Assembly: GCA_964016885.1 (NCBI GenBank)
Contig: OZ024744.1
Span: 17,980,001 to 18,044,000, forward strand
From: Eledone cirrhosa
Taxonomy: Eukaryota
DNA length: 64,000 nucleotides
Reading direction: 5' to 3'
Part shown: one piece after another, positions 39,750 through 54,700 of the stretch
Position numbering within the stretch: position 1 is the stretch's first letter
How the letters are laid out: each line of letters starts with the position of its first letter
The notes under the pieces: generated by a model
What the model was told of the DNA's origin: nothing
The model's input: only the letters and a program-made list of their open reading frames with translations
Databases searched by the model: none
Program-made: the position numbers and the translations under genes

Positions 39750-42700
39750 GTATGTGTCCCTGTGTATGTCACTGTATGTTTCTGTATGTCTGTGTCACTG
39801 TGTATATCACTGTATGTTTCTGTATGTCTGTGTCACTGTCTATCTCACTGTATGTTTCTGAATGCCTGTGTCACTGTGTATGTCACTGTGCGTTTCTGTA
39901 TGTCTGTGTCACGGTGTATGTCACTGTATGTTTGTGTGTGTATGTGTCACTGTGTATGTCACTGTGTGTTTGTGTATGTCTGTGTCACTGTGTATGTCAC
40001 TGTGTGTTTCTGTATGTCTGTGTCACTGTGTAAGTCAATGTATCTTTGTGTATGTCTGTGGCACTCTGTATGTCATTGTGTGTTTCTGTATGTCTGTGTG
40101 ACTGTCTATGTCACTGTATATTTGTGTATGTCTGTGACACTGTGTATGTCAATGTGTGTTTCTGTATGTATGTGTCTCTGTGTATGTCACTGTATCTTTG
40201 TGTATGTATGTGTCACTGTGTATGTCACTGTGTGTTTGTGTATGACTGTGTCACTGTGTATGTTACTGTGAGTTTCTGTATGTCTGTGTCACGGTGTATG
40301 TCACTGTATATTTCTGTATGTCTGTGTCAGTGTGTATGTCACTGGGTGTTTCTGTATGTGTGTGTCACACTGTATATCACTGTATCTTTGTGTAGGTCTG
40401 TGTCAGCGTGTATGTCACTGTATCTTTATGTATGTCTGTGTCACTGTGTATGTCACTGTGAGTTTCTGTATGTATGTGTCACTGTGTATGTCACTGTATC
40501 TTTATGTATGTCTGTGTCACTGTGTATGTCACTGTGAGTTTCTGTATGTCTGTGTCACTGTGTAAGTCATTGTATCTTTGTGTATGTCGGTGGCACTCTG
40601 TATGTCATTGTGTGTTTCTGTATGTCTGTGTGACTGTCTATGTCACTGTATCTTTGTGTATGACTGCGTCACTGTGTATGTCACTGTGTGTTTCTGTATG
40701 TCTGTGTCTCTGTCTATGTCACTGTGTGTTTGCGTCTGTCTGTGTCACTGTGTATGTCGCTGTGTGTTTCTGTATGTCTGTGTGACTGTGTATGTCACTG
40801 TTTGTTTGTGTATGTCTGTGTCACTGTGTGTGTTTCTGTATGTCTGTGTCACTGTGCATGTCATTGAATCTTTGTATATGTCTGTGTCACTGTGTATGTC
40901 ACTGTATCTTTGTGTATGTCTGTGTCACTCTGTATGTCACTGTGTGTTTCTGCATGTCTGTGTCACTGTGTATGCCATTGTGTGTTTCTGTATGTCTGTG
41001 TCACTGTGTATGTCACTGTATATTTCTGTATGTCTGTTTCACTGTGTATGTCACTGTGTGTTTCTGTATGTCTCTGTCACTCTGTATGGCACTGTATATT
41101 TCTGTATGTCTGTGTCACTGTGTATGTCACTGTATGTTTCTGTATGTCTATGTCACTCTGTATGTCACTGTGTGTTTCTGCATGTCTGTGTCACTGTGTA
41201 TGTCATTGTGTGTTTCTGTATGTCTGTGTCACTGTGTATGTCACTGTATCTTTGTGTATGTATGTGTCCCTGTGTATGTCACTGTATGTTTCTGTATGTC
41301 TGTGTCACTGTGTATGTCACTGTGTTTCTGTATGTCTGTGTCACTGTGTATGTCACTGTATCTTTGTGTATGTCTGTGTCACCGTGTATGTCACTGTATA
41401 TTTCTGTATGGCAGTGTCACTGTGTATGTCACTGTATGTTTCTGTATGTCTGTGTCACTGTGTATGTCACTGTATGTTTCTGTATGTCTGTGTCACTGTG
41501 TATGTCACTGTATCTTTGTGTATGTATGTGTCCCTGTATATGTCACTGTATGTTTCTGTATGTCTGTGTCACTGTGTATATCACTGTATGTTTCTGTATG
41601 TCTGTGTCACTGTCTATCTCACTGTGTGTTTCTGAATGTCTGTGTCACGGTGTATGTCACTGTATCATTGTGTATGCCTGTGTCACTGTGTATGTCACTG
41701 TGTGTTTCTGTATGTCTGTGTCACGGTGTATGTCACTGTATCATTGTGTATGCCTGTGTCACTGTGTATGTCACTGTGTGTTTCTGTATGTCTGTGTCAC
41801 TGTGTATGTCAATGTCTCTGTGTGTTTCTGTATGTCTGTGTCTCTGTGTATGTCACTGTATCTTTGTGTATGTATGTGTCACTGTGTATGTCACTGTGTG
41901 TTTCTGTATGTCTGTGTCACTGTGTATGTCACTGTGTGTTTCTGCATGTCAGTGTCACTGTGTATGTCACTGTGTGTTTCTGTATGTCTGTGTCACTGTA
42001 TATGTCACTGTATGTTTGTGTATGTCTGTGTCACTGTGTATGTCACTGTGTGTTTCTGTATGTCTGTGTCACTGTGTATGTCACTGTGTGTTTCTGTATG
42101 TATGTGTCACTGTGTATGTCACTGAGTGTTTCTGTATGTATGTGTCACTATGTATGTCGCTGTATGTTTGTGTTGTCTGTGTCACTGTGTATGTCACTGG
42201 GTGTTTCTGTATGTCTATGTCACTGTGTATGTCACTGTGCGTTTCTGTATGTATGTATCACTGTGTATGTCACTGTGTGTTTCTGCATGTCTGTGTCACT
42301 GTCTATGTCACTGTATCTTTGTGTATGTCTGTTTCACTGTGTATGTCAATGTGTGTTTCTGTATGTATGTGTCTCTGTGTATGTCACTTTATCTTTGTGT
42401 ATGTATGTGTCACTGTGTATGTCACTGTGTGTTTGTGTATGCCTGTGTCACTGTGTATGTTAACTGTGAGTTTCTGTATGTCTGTGTCACTGTGTATGTC
42501 ACTGTATATTTCTGTATGTCTGTGTCAGTGTGTATGTCACTGGGTGTTTCTGTATGTCTGTGTCACACTGTATCTCACTGTATCTTTGTGTAGGTCTCTG
42601 TCACCGTGTATGTCACTGTGAGTTTCTGTATATCTGTGTCACTGTGTATGTCACAGTGTGTTTCTGTATGTATGTGTCACTGTGTATGTCACTGTATGTC

Positions 42701-45700
42701 TCTGTATGTATGTGTCACTGTCTATGTCACTGTATCTTTGTGTATGTCACTGTGTGTTTCTGTATGTCTGTGTCTCTGTGTATGTCACTGTATCTTTGTG
42801 TATGTCTGTGTCACTGTGTATGTCACTGTGTGTTTCTGTATGTCTGTGTCACTGTGTATGTCACTGTGTGTTTCTGTATATCTGTGTCTCTGTGTATGTC
42901 ACTGTATCTTTGTGTATGTCTGTGTCACTGTGTATGTCACTGTATCGTTGTGTATGTTTGTGTCACGGTGTATATCACTGTATGTTTGTGTATGTCTGTG
43001 TCACTCTATATGTCACTGTAAGTTTGTGTATGTCTGTGTGACTGTGTATGTCACTGTATGTTTCTGTATGTCTGTGTCACTGTGTATGTCACTGTGTGTT
43101 TCTGTATGTCTGTGTCACTGTGTATGTCACTGTATCTTTGTGTATGTCTGTGTCACTGTGTACGTCACTGTGTGTTTCTGTATGTATGTGTCACTGTCTA
43201 TGTCACTGTATGTTTATGAATGTCTGTGTCACGGTGTATGTCACTGTGTGTTTCTGTATGTCTGTGTCACCGTGTATGTCACTGTATCATTGTGAATGCC
43301 CGTGTCACTGTGTATGTCACTGTGTGATTCTGTATGTCTGTGTCACTGTGTATATCACTGTGTGTGTCTGTATGCCTGTGTCACGTGTATGTCACTGTAT
43401 GTTTGTGTGTGACTGTGTCTCTGTCTATGTCACTGTGTGTTTGCGTGTGTATGTGTCACTGTGTATGTCACTCTTTGTTTGTGTATGTCTGTGTCACTGT
43501 GTGTGTTTCTGTATGTCTGTGTCACTGTGCATGTCATTGTATCTTCGTGTATGTCTGTGTCACTGTGTATGTCACTGTATCTTTGTGTATGTATGTGTCA
43601 CTCTGTATGTCACTGTGTGTTTCTGCATGTCTGTGTTACTGTGTATGTCATTGTGTGTTTCTGTATGTCTGTGTCACTGTGTATGCACTGTATCTTTCTG
43701 TATGTCTGTTTCACTGTGTATGTCACTGTGTGTTTCTGTATGTCTCTGTCACTCTGTATGTCACTGTATATTTCTGTATGTCTGTGTCACTGCGTATGTC
43801 ACTGTATGTTTCTGTATGTCTGTGTCACTGTGTATGTCACTGTATTTTTCTGTATGTCTGTGTCACTGTGTATGTCACTGTATCTTTGTGTATGTCTGTG
43901 TCACCGTGTATGTCACTGTATGTTTCTGTATGTCTGTGTCACTGTGTATGTCACTGTATGTTTCTGTATGTCTGTGTCACTGTGTATGTCACTGTATGTT
44001 TCTGTATGTCTGTGTCACTGTGTATGTCACTGTATCTTCGTGTATGTATGTGTCCATGTGTATGTCACTGTATGTTTCTGTATGTCTGTGTCACTGTGTA
44101 TATCACTGTATGTTTCTGTATGTCTGTGTCACTGTCTATCTCACTGTATGTTTCTGAATGTCTGTGTCACTGTGTATGTCACTGTGCGTTTCTGTATGTC
44201 TGTGTCACGGTATGTGTCACTGTATGTTTGTGTGTGTATGTGTCACTGTGTATGTCACTGTGTGTTTGTGTATGTCTGTGTCACTGTGTATGTCACTGTG
44301 TGTTTCTGTATGTCTGTGTCACTGTGTAAGTCAATGTATCTTTGTGTATGTCTGTGGCACTCTGTATGTCATTGTGTGTTTCTGTATGTCTGTGTGACTG
44401 TCTATGTCACTGTATATTTGTGTATGTCTGTGACACTGTGTATGTCAATGTGTGTTTCTGTATGTATGTGTCTCTGTGTATGTCACTGTATCTTTGTGTA
44501 TGTATGTGTCACTGTGTATGTCACTGTGTGTTTGTGTATGACTGTGTCACTGTGTATGTTACTGTGAGTTTCTGTATGTCTGTTTCACGGTGTATGTCAC
44601 TGTATATTTCTGTATGTCTGTGTCAGTGTGTATGTCACTGGGTGTTTCTGTATGTGTGTGTCACACTGTATATCACTGTATCTTTGTGTAGGTCTGTGTC
44701 AGCGTGTATGTCACTGTATCTTTATGTATGTCTGTGTCACTGTGTATGTCACTGTGAGTTTCTGTATGTATGTGTCACTGTGTATGTCACTGTATCTTTA
44801 TGTATGTCTGTGTCACTGTGTATGTCACTGTGAGTTTCTGTATGTCTGTGTCACTGTGTAAGTCATTGTATCTTTGTGTATGTCGGTGGCACTCTGTATG
44901 TCATTGTGTGTTTCTGTATGTCTGTGTGACTGTCTATGTCACTGTATCTTTGTGTATGTCTGCGTCACTGTGTATGTCACTGTGTGTTTCTGTATGTCTG
45001 TGTCTCTGTCTATGTCACTGTGTGTTTGCGTGTGTCTGTGTCACTGTGTATGTCGCTGTGTGTTTCTGTATGTCTGTGTGACTGTGTATGTCACTGTTTC
45101 TTTGTGTATGTCTGTGTCACTGTGTGTGTTTCTGTATGTCTGTGTCACTGTGCATGTCATTGAATCTTTGTATATGTCTGTGTCACTGTGTATGTCACTG
45201 TATCTTTGTGTATGTCTGTGTCACTCTGTATGTCACTGTGTGTTTCTGCATGTCTGTGTCACTGTGTATGTCATTGTGTGTTTCTGTATGTCTGTGTCAC
45301 TGTGTATGTCACTGTATATTTCTGTATGTCTGTGTCACTGTGTATGTCACTGTATGTTTCTGTATGTCTGTGTCACTCTGTATGTCACTGTGTGTTTCTG
45401 CATGTCTGTGTCACTGTGTATGTCATTGTGTGTTTCTGTATGTCTGTGTCACTGTGTATGTCACTGTATCTTTGTGTATGTATGTGTCCCTGTGTATGTC
45501 ACTGTTTGTTTCTGTATGTCTGTGTCACTGTGTATGTCACTGTGTTTCTGTATGTCTGTGTCACTGTGTATGTCACTGTATCTTTGTGTATGTCTGTGTC
45601 ACCGTGTATGTCACTGTATGTTTCTGTATGGCAGTGTCACTGTGTATGTCACTGTATGTTTCTGTATGTCTGTGTCACTGTGTCTGTCACTGTATGTTTC

Positions 45701-47325
45701 TGTATGTCTGTGTCACTGTGTATGTCACTGTATCTTTGTGTATGTATGTGTCCCTGTGTATGTCACTGTATGTTTCTGTATGTCTGTGTCACTGTGTATA
45801 TCACTGTATCTTTCTGTATGTCTGTGTCACTGTCTATCTCACTGTGTGTTTCTGAATGTCTGTGTCACGGTGTATGTCACTGTATCATTGTGTATGCCTG
45901 TGTCACTGTGTATGTCACTGTGTGTTTCTATATGTCTGTGCCACGGTGTATGTCACTGTATCATTGTGTATGCCTGTGTCACTGTGTATGTCACTGTGTG
46001 TTTCTGTATGTCTGTGTCACTGTGTATGTCAATGTCTCTGTGTGTTTCTGTATGTCTGTGTCTCTGTGTATGTCACTGTATCTTTGTGTATGTATGTGTC
46101 ACTGTGTATGTCACTGTGTGTTTCTGCATGTCAGTGTCACTGTGTATGTCACTGTGTGTTTCTGTATGTCTGTGTCACTGTATATGTCACTGTATGTTTG
46201 TGTATGTCTGTGTCACTGTGTATGTCACTGTGTGTTTCTGTATGTCTGTGTCACTGTGTATGTCACTGTGTGTTTCTGTATGTATGTGTCACTGTGTATG
46301 TCACTGAGTGTTTCTGTATGTATGTGTCACTATGTATGTCGCTGTATGTTTGTGTTGTCTGTGTCACTGTGTATGTCACTGGCTGTTTCTGTATGTCTAT
46401 GTCACTGTGTATGTCACTGTGCGTTTCTGTATGTATGTATCACTGTGTATGTCACTGTGTGTTTCTGTATGTCTGTGTCACTGTCTATGTCACTGTATCT
46501 TTGTGTATGTCTGTTTCACTGTGTATGTCAATGTGTGTTTCTGTATGTATGTGTCTCTGTGTATGTCACTTTATCTTTGTGTATGTATGTGTCACTGTGT
46601 ATGTCACTGTGTGTTTGTGTATGCCTGTGTCACTGTGTATGTTAACTGTGAGTTTCTGTATGTCTGTGTCACTGTGTATGTCACTGTATATTTCTGTATG
46701 TCTGAGTCAGTGTGTATGTCACTGGGTGTTTCTGTATGTCTGTGTCACACTGTATCTCACTGTATCTTTGTGTAGGTCTCTGTCACCGTGTATGTCACTG
46801 TGAGTTTCTGTATATCTGTGTCACTGTGTATGTCACAGTGTGTTTCTGTATGTATGTGTCACTGTGTATGTCACTGTATGTCTCTGTATGTATGTGTCAC
46901 TGTCTATGTCACTGTATCTTTGTGTATGTCACTGTGTGTTTCTGTATGTCTGTGTCTCTGTGTGTGTCACTGTATCTTTGTGTATGTCTGTGTCACTGTG
47001 TATGTCACTGTGTGTTTCTGTATGTCTGTGTCACTGTGTATGTCACTGTGTGTTTCTGTATATCTGTGTCTCTGTGTATGTCACTGTATCTTTGTGTATG
47101 TCTGTGTCACTGTGTATGTCACTGTATCTTTGTGTATGTTTGTGTCACGGTGTATATCACTGTATGTTTATGAATGTCTGTGTCACTGTGTATGTCACTG
47201 TGTGTTTCTGTATGTCTGTGTCACGGTGTATGTCACTGTGTGTTTCTGTATGTCTGTGTCACCGTGTATGTCACTGTATCATTGTGTATGCCCGTGTCAC
47301 TGTGTATGTCACTGTGTGATTCTGT
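39750..47325. repeat. ~7.6-kb block, copy 1 (copy 2 at +9,011)
   Basis: ORFs 39862/48873, 40578/49589, 43048/52059 and 46840/55851. GGCAGTG at 41410/50421 and 45630/54641. The private deletion GTATGCACTG is at ~43686/52697. Confidence 0.9.
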
Positions 47326-48760
47326 ATGACTGTGTCACTGTGTATGTCACTGTGTGTTTCTGTATGTATGTGTCACTGTGTATGTCACTGAGTGTTTCTG
47401 TATGTATGTGTCACTATGTATGTCGCTGTATGTTTGTATTGTCTGTGTCACTGTGTATGTCACTGTGTATTTCTGTATGTCTGTGTCAGTGTGTATGTCA
47501 CTGGGTGTTTCTGTATGTCTGTGTCACACTGTATATCACTGTATCTTTGTGTAGGTCTCTGTCACCGTGTATGTCACTGTGAGTTTCTGTATGTCTGTGT
47601 CACTGTGTATGTCACAGTGTGTTTCTGTATGTATGTGTCACTGTGTATGTCACTGTATGTCTCTGTATGTATGTGTCACTGTCTATGTCACTGTATCTTT
47701 GTGTATGTCTACGTCACTGTGTATGTCACTGTGTGTTTCTGTATGTCTGTGTCTCTGTGTATGTCACTGTATCTTTGTGTATGTTTGTGTCACGGTGTAT
47801 ATCCCTGTACGTTTGTGTATGTCTGTGTCACTCTATATGTCACTGTACGTTTGTGTATGTCTGTGTGACTGTGTATGTCACTGTATGTTTCTGTATGTCT
47901 GTGTCACGGTGTATGTCACTGTGTGTTTCTGTATGTCTGTGTCACTGTGTATGTCACTGTATCTTTGTATATGTCTGTGTCACTGTGTACGTCACTGTGT
48001 GTTTCTGTATGTATGTGTCACTGTCTATGTCACTGTATGTTTCTGAATGTCTGTGTCACTGTGTATGTCACTGTGTGTTTCTGTATGTCTGTGTCACGGT
48101 GTATGTCACTGTATGTTTGTGTGTGTCTGTGTCACTGTGTATGTCACTGTGTGTTTCTGTATGTCTGTGTCACCGTGTATGTCACTGTATCTTTGTGTAT
48201 GCCTGTGTCACTGTGTATGTCAATGTGTGATTATGTATGTCTGTGTCTCTGTCTATGTCACTGTGTGTTTGCGTGTGTCTGTGTCACTGTGTATGTCACT
48301 GTTTGTTTGTGTATGTCTGTGTCACTGTGTGTGTTTCTGTATGTCTGTGTCACTGTGCATGTCATTGTATCTTCGTGTATGTCTGTGTCACTGTGTATGT
48401 CACTGTATCTGTGTGTATGTCTGTGCCACTCTGTATGTCACTGTGTGTTTCTGCATGTCTGTGTTACTGTGTATGTCATTGTGTGTTTCTGTATGTCTGT
48501 GTCACTGTGTATGTCACTGTATGTTTCTGTATGTCTGTTTCACTGTGTATGTCACTGTGTGTTTCTGTATGTCTCTGTCACTCTGTATGTCACTGTATAT
48601 TTCTGTATGTCTGTGTCACTGTGTATGTCACTGTATGTTTCTGTATGTCTGTGTCACTGTGTATGTCACTGTATTTTTATGTATGTCTGTGTCACTGTGT
48701 ATGTCACTGTATGTTTCTGTATGTCTGTGTCACTGTGTATGTCACTGTATCTTCGTGTAT

Positions 48761-51700
48761 GTATGTGTCCCTGTGTATGTCACTGTATGTTTCTGTATGT
48801 CTGTGTCACTGTGTATATCACTGTATGTTTCTGTATGTCTGTGTCACTGTCTATCTCACTGTATGTTTCTGAATGCCTGTGTCACTGTGTATGTCACTGT
48901 GCGTTTCTGTATGTCTGTGTCACGGTGTATGTCACTGTATGTTTGTGTGTGTATGTGTCACTGTGTATGTCACTGTGTGTTTGTGTATGTCTGTGTCACT
49001 GTGTATGTCACTGTGTGTTTCTGTATGTCTGTGTCACTGTGTAAGTCAATGTATCTTTGTGTATGTCTGTGGCACTCTGTATGTCATTGTGTGTTTCTGT
49101 ATGTCTGTGTGACTGTCTATGTCACTGTATATTTGTGTATGTCTGTGACACTGTGTATGTCAATGTGTGTTTCTGTATGTATGTGTCTCTGTGTATGTCA
49201 CTGTATCTTTGTGTATGTATGTGTCACTGTGTATGTCACTGTGTGTTTGTGTATGACTGTGTCACTGTGTATGTTACTGTGAGTTTCTGTATGTCTGTGT
49301 CACGGTGTATGTCACTGTATATTTCTGTATGTCTGTGTCAGTGTGTATGTCACTGGGTGTTTCTGTATGTGTGTGTCACACTGTATATCACTGTATCTTT
49401 GTGTAGGTCTGTGTCAGCGTGTATGTCACTGTATCTTTATGTATGTCTGTGTCACTGTGTATGTCACTGTGAGTTTCTGTATGTATGTGTCACTGTGTAT
49501 GTCACTGTATCTTTATGTATGTCTGTGTCACTGTGTATGTCACTGTGAGTTTCTGTATGTCTGTGTCACTGTGTAAGTCATTGTATCTTTGTGTATGTCG
49601 GTGGCACTCTGTATGTCATTGTGTGTTTCTGTATGTCTGTGTGACTGTCTATGTCACTGTATCTTTGTGTATGACTGCGTCACTGTGTATGTCACTGTGT
49701 GTTTCTGTATGTCTGTGTCTCTGTCTATGTCACTGTGTGTTTGCGTCTGTCTGTGTCACTGTGTATGTCGCTGTGTGTTTCTGTATGTCTGTGTGACTGT
49801 GTATGTCACTGTTTGTTTGTGTATGTCTGTGTCACTGTGTGTGTTTCTGTATGTCTGTGTCACTGTGCATGTCATTGAATCTTTGTATATGTCTGTGTCA
49901 CTGTGTATGTCACTGTATCTTTGTGTATGTCTGTGTCACTCTGTATGTCACTGTGTGTTTCTGCATGTCTGTGTCACTGTGTATGCCATTGTGTGTTTCT
50001 GTATGTCTGTGTCACTGTGTATGTCACTGTATATTTCTGTATGTCTGTTTCACTGTGTATGTCACTGTGTGTTTCTGTATGTCTCTGTCACTCTGTATGG
50101 CACTGTATATTTCTGTATGTCTGTGTCACTGTGTATGTCACTGTATGTTTCTGTATGTCTATGTCACTCTGTATGTCACTGTGTGTTTCTGCATGTCTGT
50201 GTCACTGTGTATGTCATTGTGTGTTTCTGTATGTCTGTGTCACTGTGTATGTCACTGTATCTTTGTGTATGTATGTGTCCCTGTGTATGTCACTGTATGT
50301 TTCTGTATGTCTGTGTCACTGTGTATGTCACTGTGTTTCTGTATGTCTGTGTCACTGTGTATGTCACTGTATCTTTGTGTATGTCTGTGTCACCGTGTAT
50401 GTCACTGTATGTTTCTGTATGGCAGTGTCACTGTGTATGTCACTGTATGTTTCTGTATGTCTGTGTCACTGTGTATGTCACTGTATGTTTCTGTATGTCT
50501 GTGTCACTGTGTATGTCACTGTATCTTTGTGTATGTATGTGTCCCTGTATATGTCACTGTATGTTTCTGTATGTCTGTGTCACTGTGTATATCACTGTAT
50601 GTTTCTGTATGTCTGTGTCACTGTCTATCTCACTGTGTGTTTCTGAATGTCTGTGTCACGGTGTATGTCACTGTATCATTGTGTATGCCTGTGTCACTGT
50701 GTATGTCACTGTGTGTTTCTGTATGTCTGTGTCACGGTGTATGTCACTGTATCATTGTGTATGCCTGTGTCACTGTGTATGTCACTGTGTGTTTCTGTAT
50801 GTCTGTGTCACTGTGTATGTCAATGTCTCTGTGTGTTTCTGTATGTCTGTGTCTCTGTGTATGTCACTGTATCTTTGTGTATGTATGTGTCACTGTGTAT
50901 GTCACTGTGTGTTTCTGTATGTCTGTGTCACTGTGTATGTCACTGTGTGTTTCTGCATGTCAGTGTCACTGTGTATGTCACTGTGTGTTTCTGTATGTCT
51001 GTGTCACTGTATATGTCACTGTATGTTTGTGTATGTCTGTGTCACTGTGTATGTCACTGTGTGTTTCTGTATGTCTGTGTCACTGTGTATGTCACTGTGT
51101 GTTTCTGTATGTATGTGTCACTGTGTATGTCACTGAGTGTTTCTGTATGTATGTGTCACTATGTATGTCGCTGTATGTTTGTGTTGTCTGTGTCACTGTG
51201 TATGTCACTGGGTGTTTCTGTATGTCTATGTCACTGTGTATGTCACTGTGCGTTTCTGTATGTATGTATCACTGCGTATGTCACTGTGTGTTTCTGCATG
51301 TCTGTGTCACTGTCTATGTCACTGTATCTTTGTGTATGTCTGTTTCACTGTGTATGTCAATGTGTGTTTCTGTATGTATGTGTCTCTGTGTATGTCACTT
51401 TATCTTTGTGTATGTATGTGTCACTGTGTATGTCACTGTGTGTTTGTGTATGCCTGTGTCACTGTGTATGTTAACTGTGAGTTTCTGTATGTCTGTGTCA
51501 CTGTGTATGTCACTGTATATTTCTGTATGTCTGTGTCAGTGTGTATGTCACTGGGTGTTTCTGTATGTCTGTGTCACACTGTATCTCACTGTATCTTTGT
51601 GTAGGTCTCTGTCACCGTGTATGTCACTGTGAGTTTCTGTATATCTGTGTCACTGTGTATGTCACAGTGTGTTTCTGTATGTATGTGTCACTGTGTATGT

Positions 51701-54700
51701 CACTGTATGTCTCTGTATGTATGTGTCACTGTCTATGTCACTGTATCTTTGTGTATGTCACTGTGTGTTTCTGTATGTCTGTGTCTCTGTGTATGTCACT
51801 GTATCTTTGTGTATGTCTGTGTCACTGTGTATGTCACTGTGTGTTTCTGTATGTCTGTGTCACTGTGTATGTCACTGTGTGTTTCTGTATATCTGTGTCT
51901 CTGTGTATGTCACTGTATCTTTGTGTATGTCTGTGTCACTGTGTATGTCACTGTATCGTTGTGTATGTTTGTGTCACGGTGTATATCACTGTATGTTTGT
52001 GTATGTCTGTGTCACTCTATATGTCACTGTAAGTTTGTGTATGTCTGTGTGACTGTGTATGTCACTGTATGTTTCTGTATGTCTGTGTCACTGTGTATGT
52101 CACTGTGTGTTTCTGTATGTCTGTGTCACTGTGTATGTCACTGTATCTTTGTGTATGTCTGTGTCACTGTGTACGTCACTGTGTGTTTCTGTATGTATGT
52201 GTCACTGTCTATGTCACTGTATGTTTATGAATGTCTGTGTCACGGTGTATGTCACTGTGTGTTTCTGTATGTCTGTGTCACCGTGTATGTCACTGTATCA
52301 TTGTGAATGCCCGTGTCACTGTGTATGTCACTGTGTGATTCTGTATGTCTGTGTCACTGTGTATATCACTGTGTGTGTCTGTATGCCTGTGTCACGTGTA
52401 TGTCACTGTATGTTTGTGTGTGACTGTGTCTCTGTCTATGTCACTGTGTGTTTGCGTGTGTATGTGTCACTGTGTATGTCACTCTTTGTTTGTGTATGTC
52501 TGTGTCACTGTGTGTGTTTCTGTATGTCTGTGTCACTGTGCATGTCATTGTATCTTCGTGTATGTCTGTGTCACTGTGTATGTCACTGTATCTTTGTGTA
52601 TGTATGTGTCACTCTGTATGTCACTGTGTGTTTCTGCATGTCTGTGTTACTGTGTATGTCATTGTGTGTTTCTGTATGTCTGTGTCACTGTGTATGCACT
52701 GTATCTTTCTGTATGTCTGTTTCACTGTGTATGTCACTGTGTGTTTCTGTATGTCTCTGTCACTCTGTATGTCACTGTATATTTCTGTATGTCTGTGTCA
52801 CTGCGTATGTCACTGTATGTTTCTGTATGTCTGTGTCACTGTGTATGTCACTGTATTTTTCTGTATGTCTGTGTCACTGTGTATGTCACTGTATCTTTGT
52901 GTATGTCTGTGTCACCGTGTATGTCACTGTATGTTTCTGTATGTCTGTGTCACTGTGTATGTCACTGTATGTTTCTGTATGTCTGTGTCACTGTGTATGT
53001 CACTGTATGTTTCTGTATGTCTGTGTCACTGTGTATGTCACTGTATCTTCGTGTATGTATGTGTCCATGTGTATGTCACTGTATGTTTCTGTATGTCTGT
53101 GTCACTGTGTATATCACTGTATGTTTCTGTATGTCTGTGTCACTGTCTATCTCACTGTATGTTTCTGAATGTCTGTGTCACTGTGTATGTCACTGTGCGT
53201 TTCTGTATGTCTGTGTCACGGTATGTGTCACTGTATGTTTGTGTGTGTATGTGTCACTGTGTATGTCACTGTGTGTTTGTGTATGTCTGTGTCACTGTGT
53301 ATGTCACTGTGTGTTTCTGTATGTCTGTGTCACTGTGTAAGTCAATGTATCTTTGTGTATGTCTGTGGCACTCTGTATGTCATTGTGTGTTTCTGTATGT
53401 CTGTGTGACTGTCTATGTCACTGTATATTTGTGTATGTCTGTGACACTGTGTATGTCAATGTGTGTTTCTGTATGTATGTGTCTCTGTGTATGTCACTGT
53501 ATCTTTGTGTATGTATGTGTCACTGTGTATGTCACTGTGTGTTTGTGTATGACTGTGTCACTGTGTATGTTACTGTGAGTTTCTGTATGTCTGTTTCACG
53601 GTGTATGTCACTGTATATTTCTGTATGTCTGTGTCAGTGTGTATGTCACTGGGTGTTTCTGTATGTGTGTGTCACACTGTATATCACTGTATCTTTGTGT
53701 AGGTCTGTGTCAGCGTGTATGTCACTGTATCTTTATGTATGTCTGTGTCACTGTGTATGTCACTGTGAGTTTCTGTATGTATGTGTCACTGTGTATGTCA
53801 CTGTATCTTTATGTATGTCTGTGTCACTGTGTATGTCACTGTGAGTTTCTGTATGTCTGTGTCACTGTGTAAGTCATTGTATCTTTGTGTATGTCGGTGG
53901 CACTCTGTATGTCATTGTGTGTTTCTGTATGTCTGTGTGACTGTCTATGTCACTGTATCTTTGTGTATGTCTGCGTCACTGTGTATGTCACTGTGTGTTT
54001 CTGTATGTCTGTGTCTCTGTCTATGTCACTGTGTGTTTGCGTGTGTCTGTGTCACTGTGTATGTCGCTGTGTGTTTCTGTATGTCTGTGTGACTGTGTAT
54101 GTCACTGTTTCTTTGTGTATGTCTGTGTCACTGTGTGTGTTTCTGTATGTCTGTGTCACTGTGCATGTCATTGAATCTTTGTATATGTCTGTGTCACTGT
54201 GTATGTCACTGTATCTTTGTGTATGTCTGTGTCACTCTGTATGTCACTGTGTGTTTCTGCATGTCTGTGTCACTGTGTATGTCATTGTGTGTTTCTGTAT
54301 GTCTGTGTCACTGTGTATGTCACTGTATATTTCTGTATGTCTGTGTCACTGTGTATGTCACTGTATGTTTCTGTATGTCTGTGTCACTCTGTATGTCACT
54401 GTGTGTTTCTGCATGTCTGTGTCACTGTGTATGTCATTGTGTGTTTCTGTATGTCTGTGTCACTGTGTATGTCACTGTATCTTTGTGTATGTATGTGTCC
54501 CTGTGTATGTCACTGTTTGTTTCTGTATGTCTGTGTCACTGTGTATGTCACTGTGTTTCTGTATGTCTGTGTCACTGTGTATGTCACTGTATCTTTGTGT
54601 ATGTCTGTGTCACCGTGTATGTCACTGTATGTTTCTGTATGGCAGTGTCACTGTGTATGTCACTGTATGTTTCTGTATGTCTGTGTCACTGTGTCTGTCA

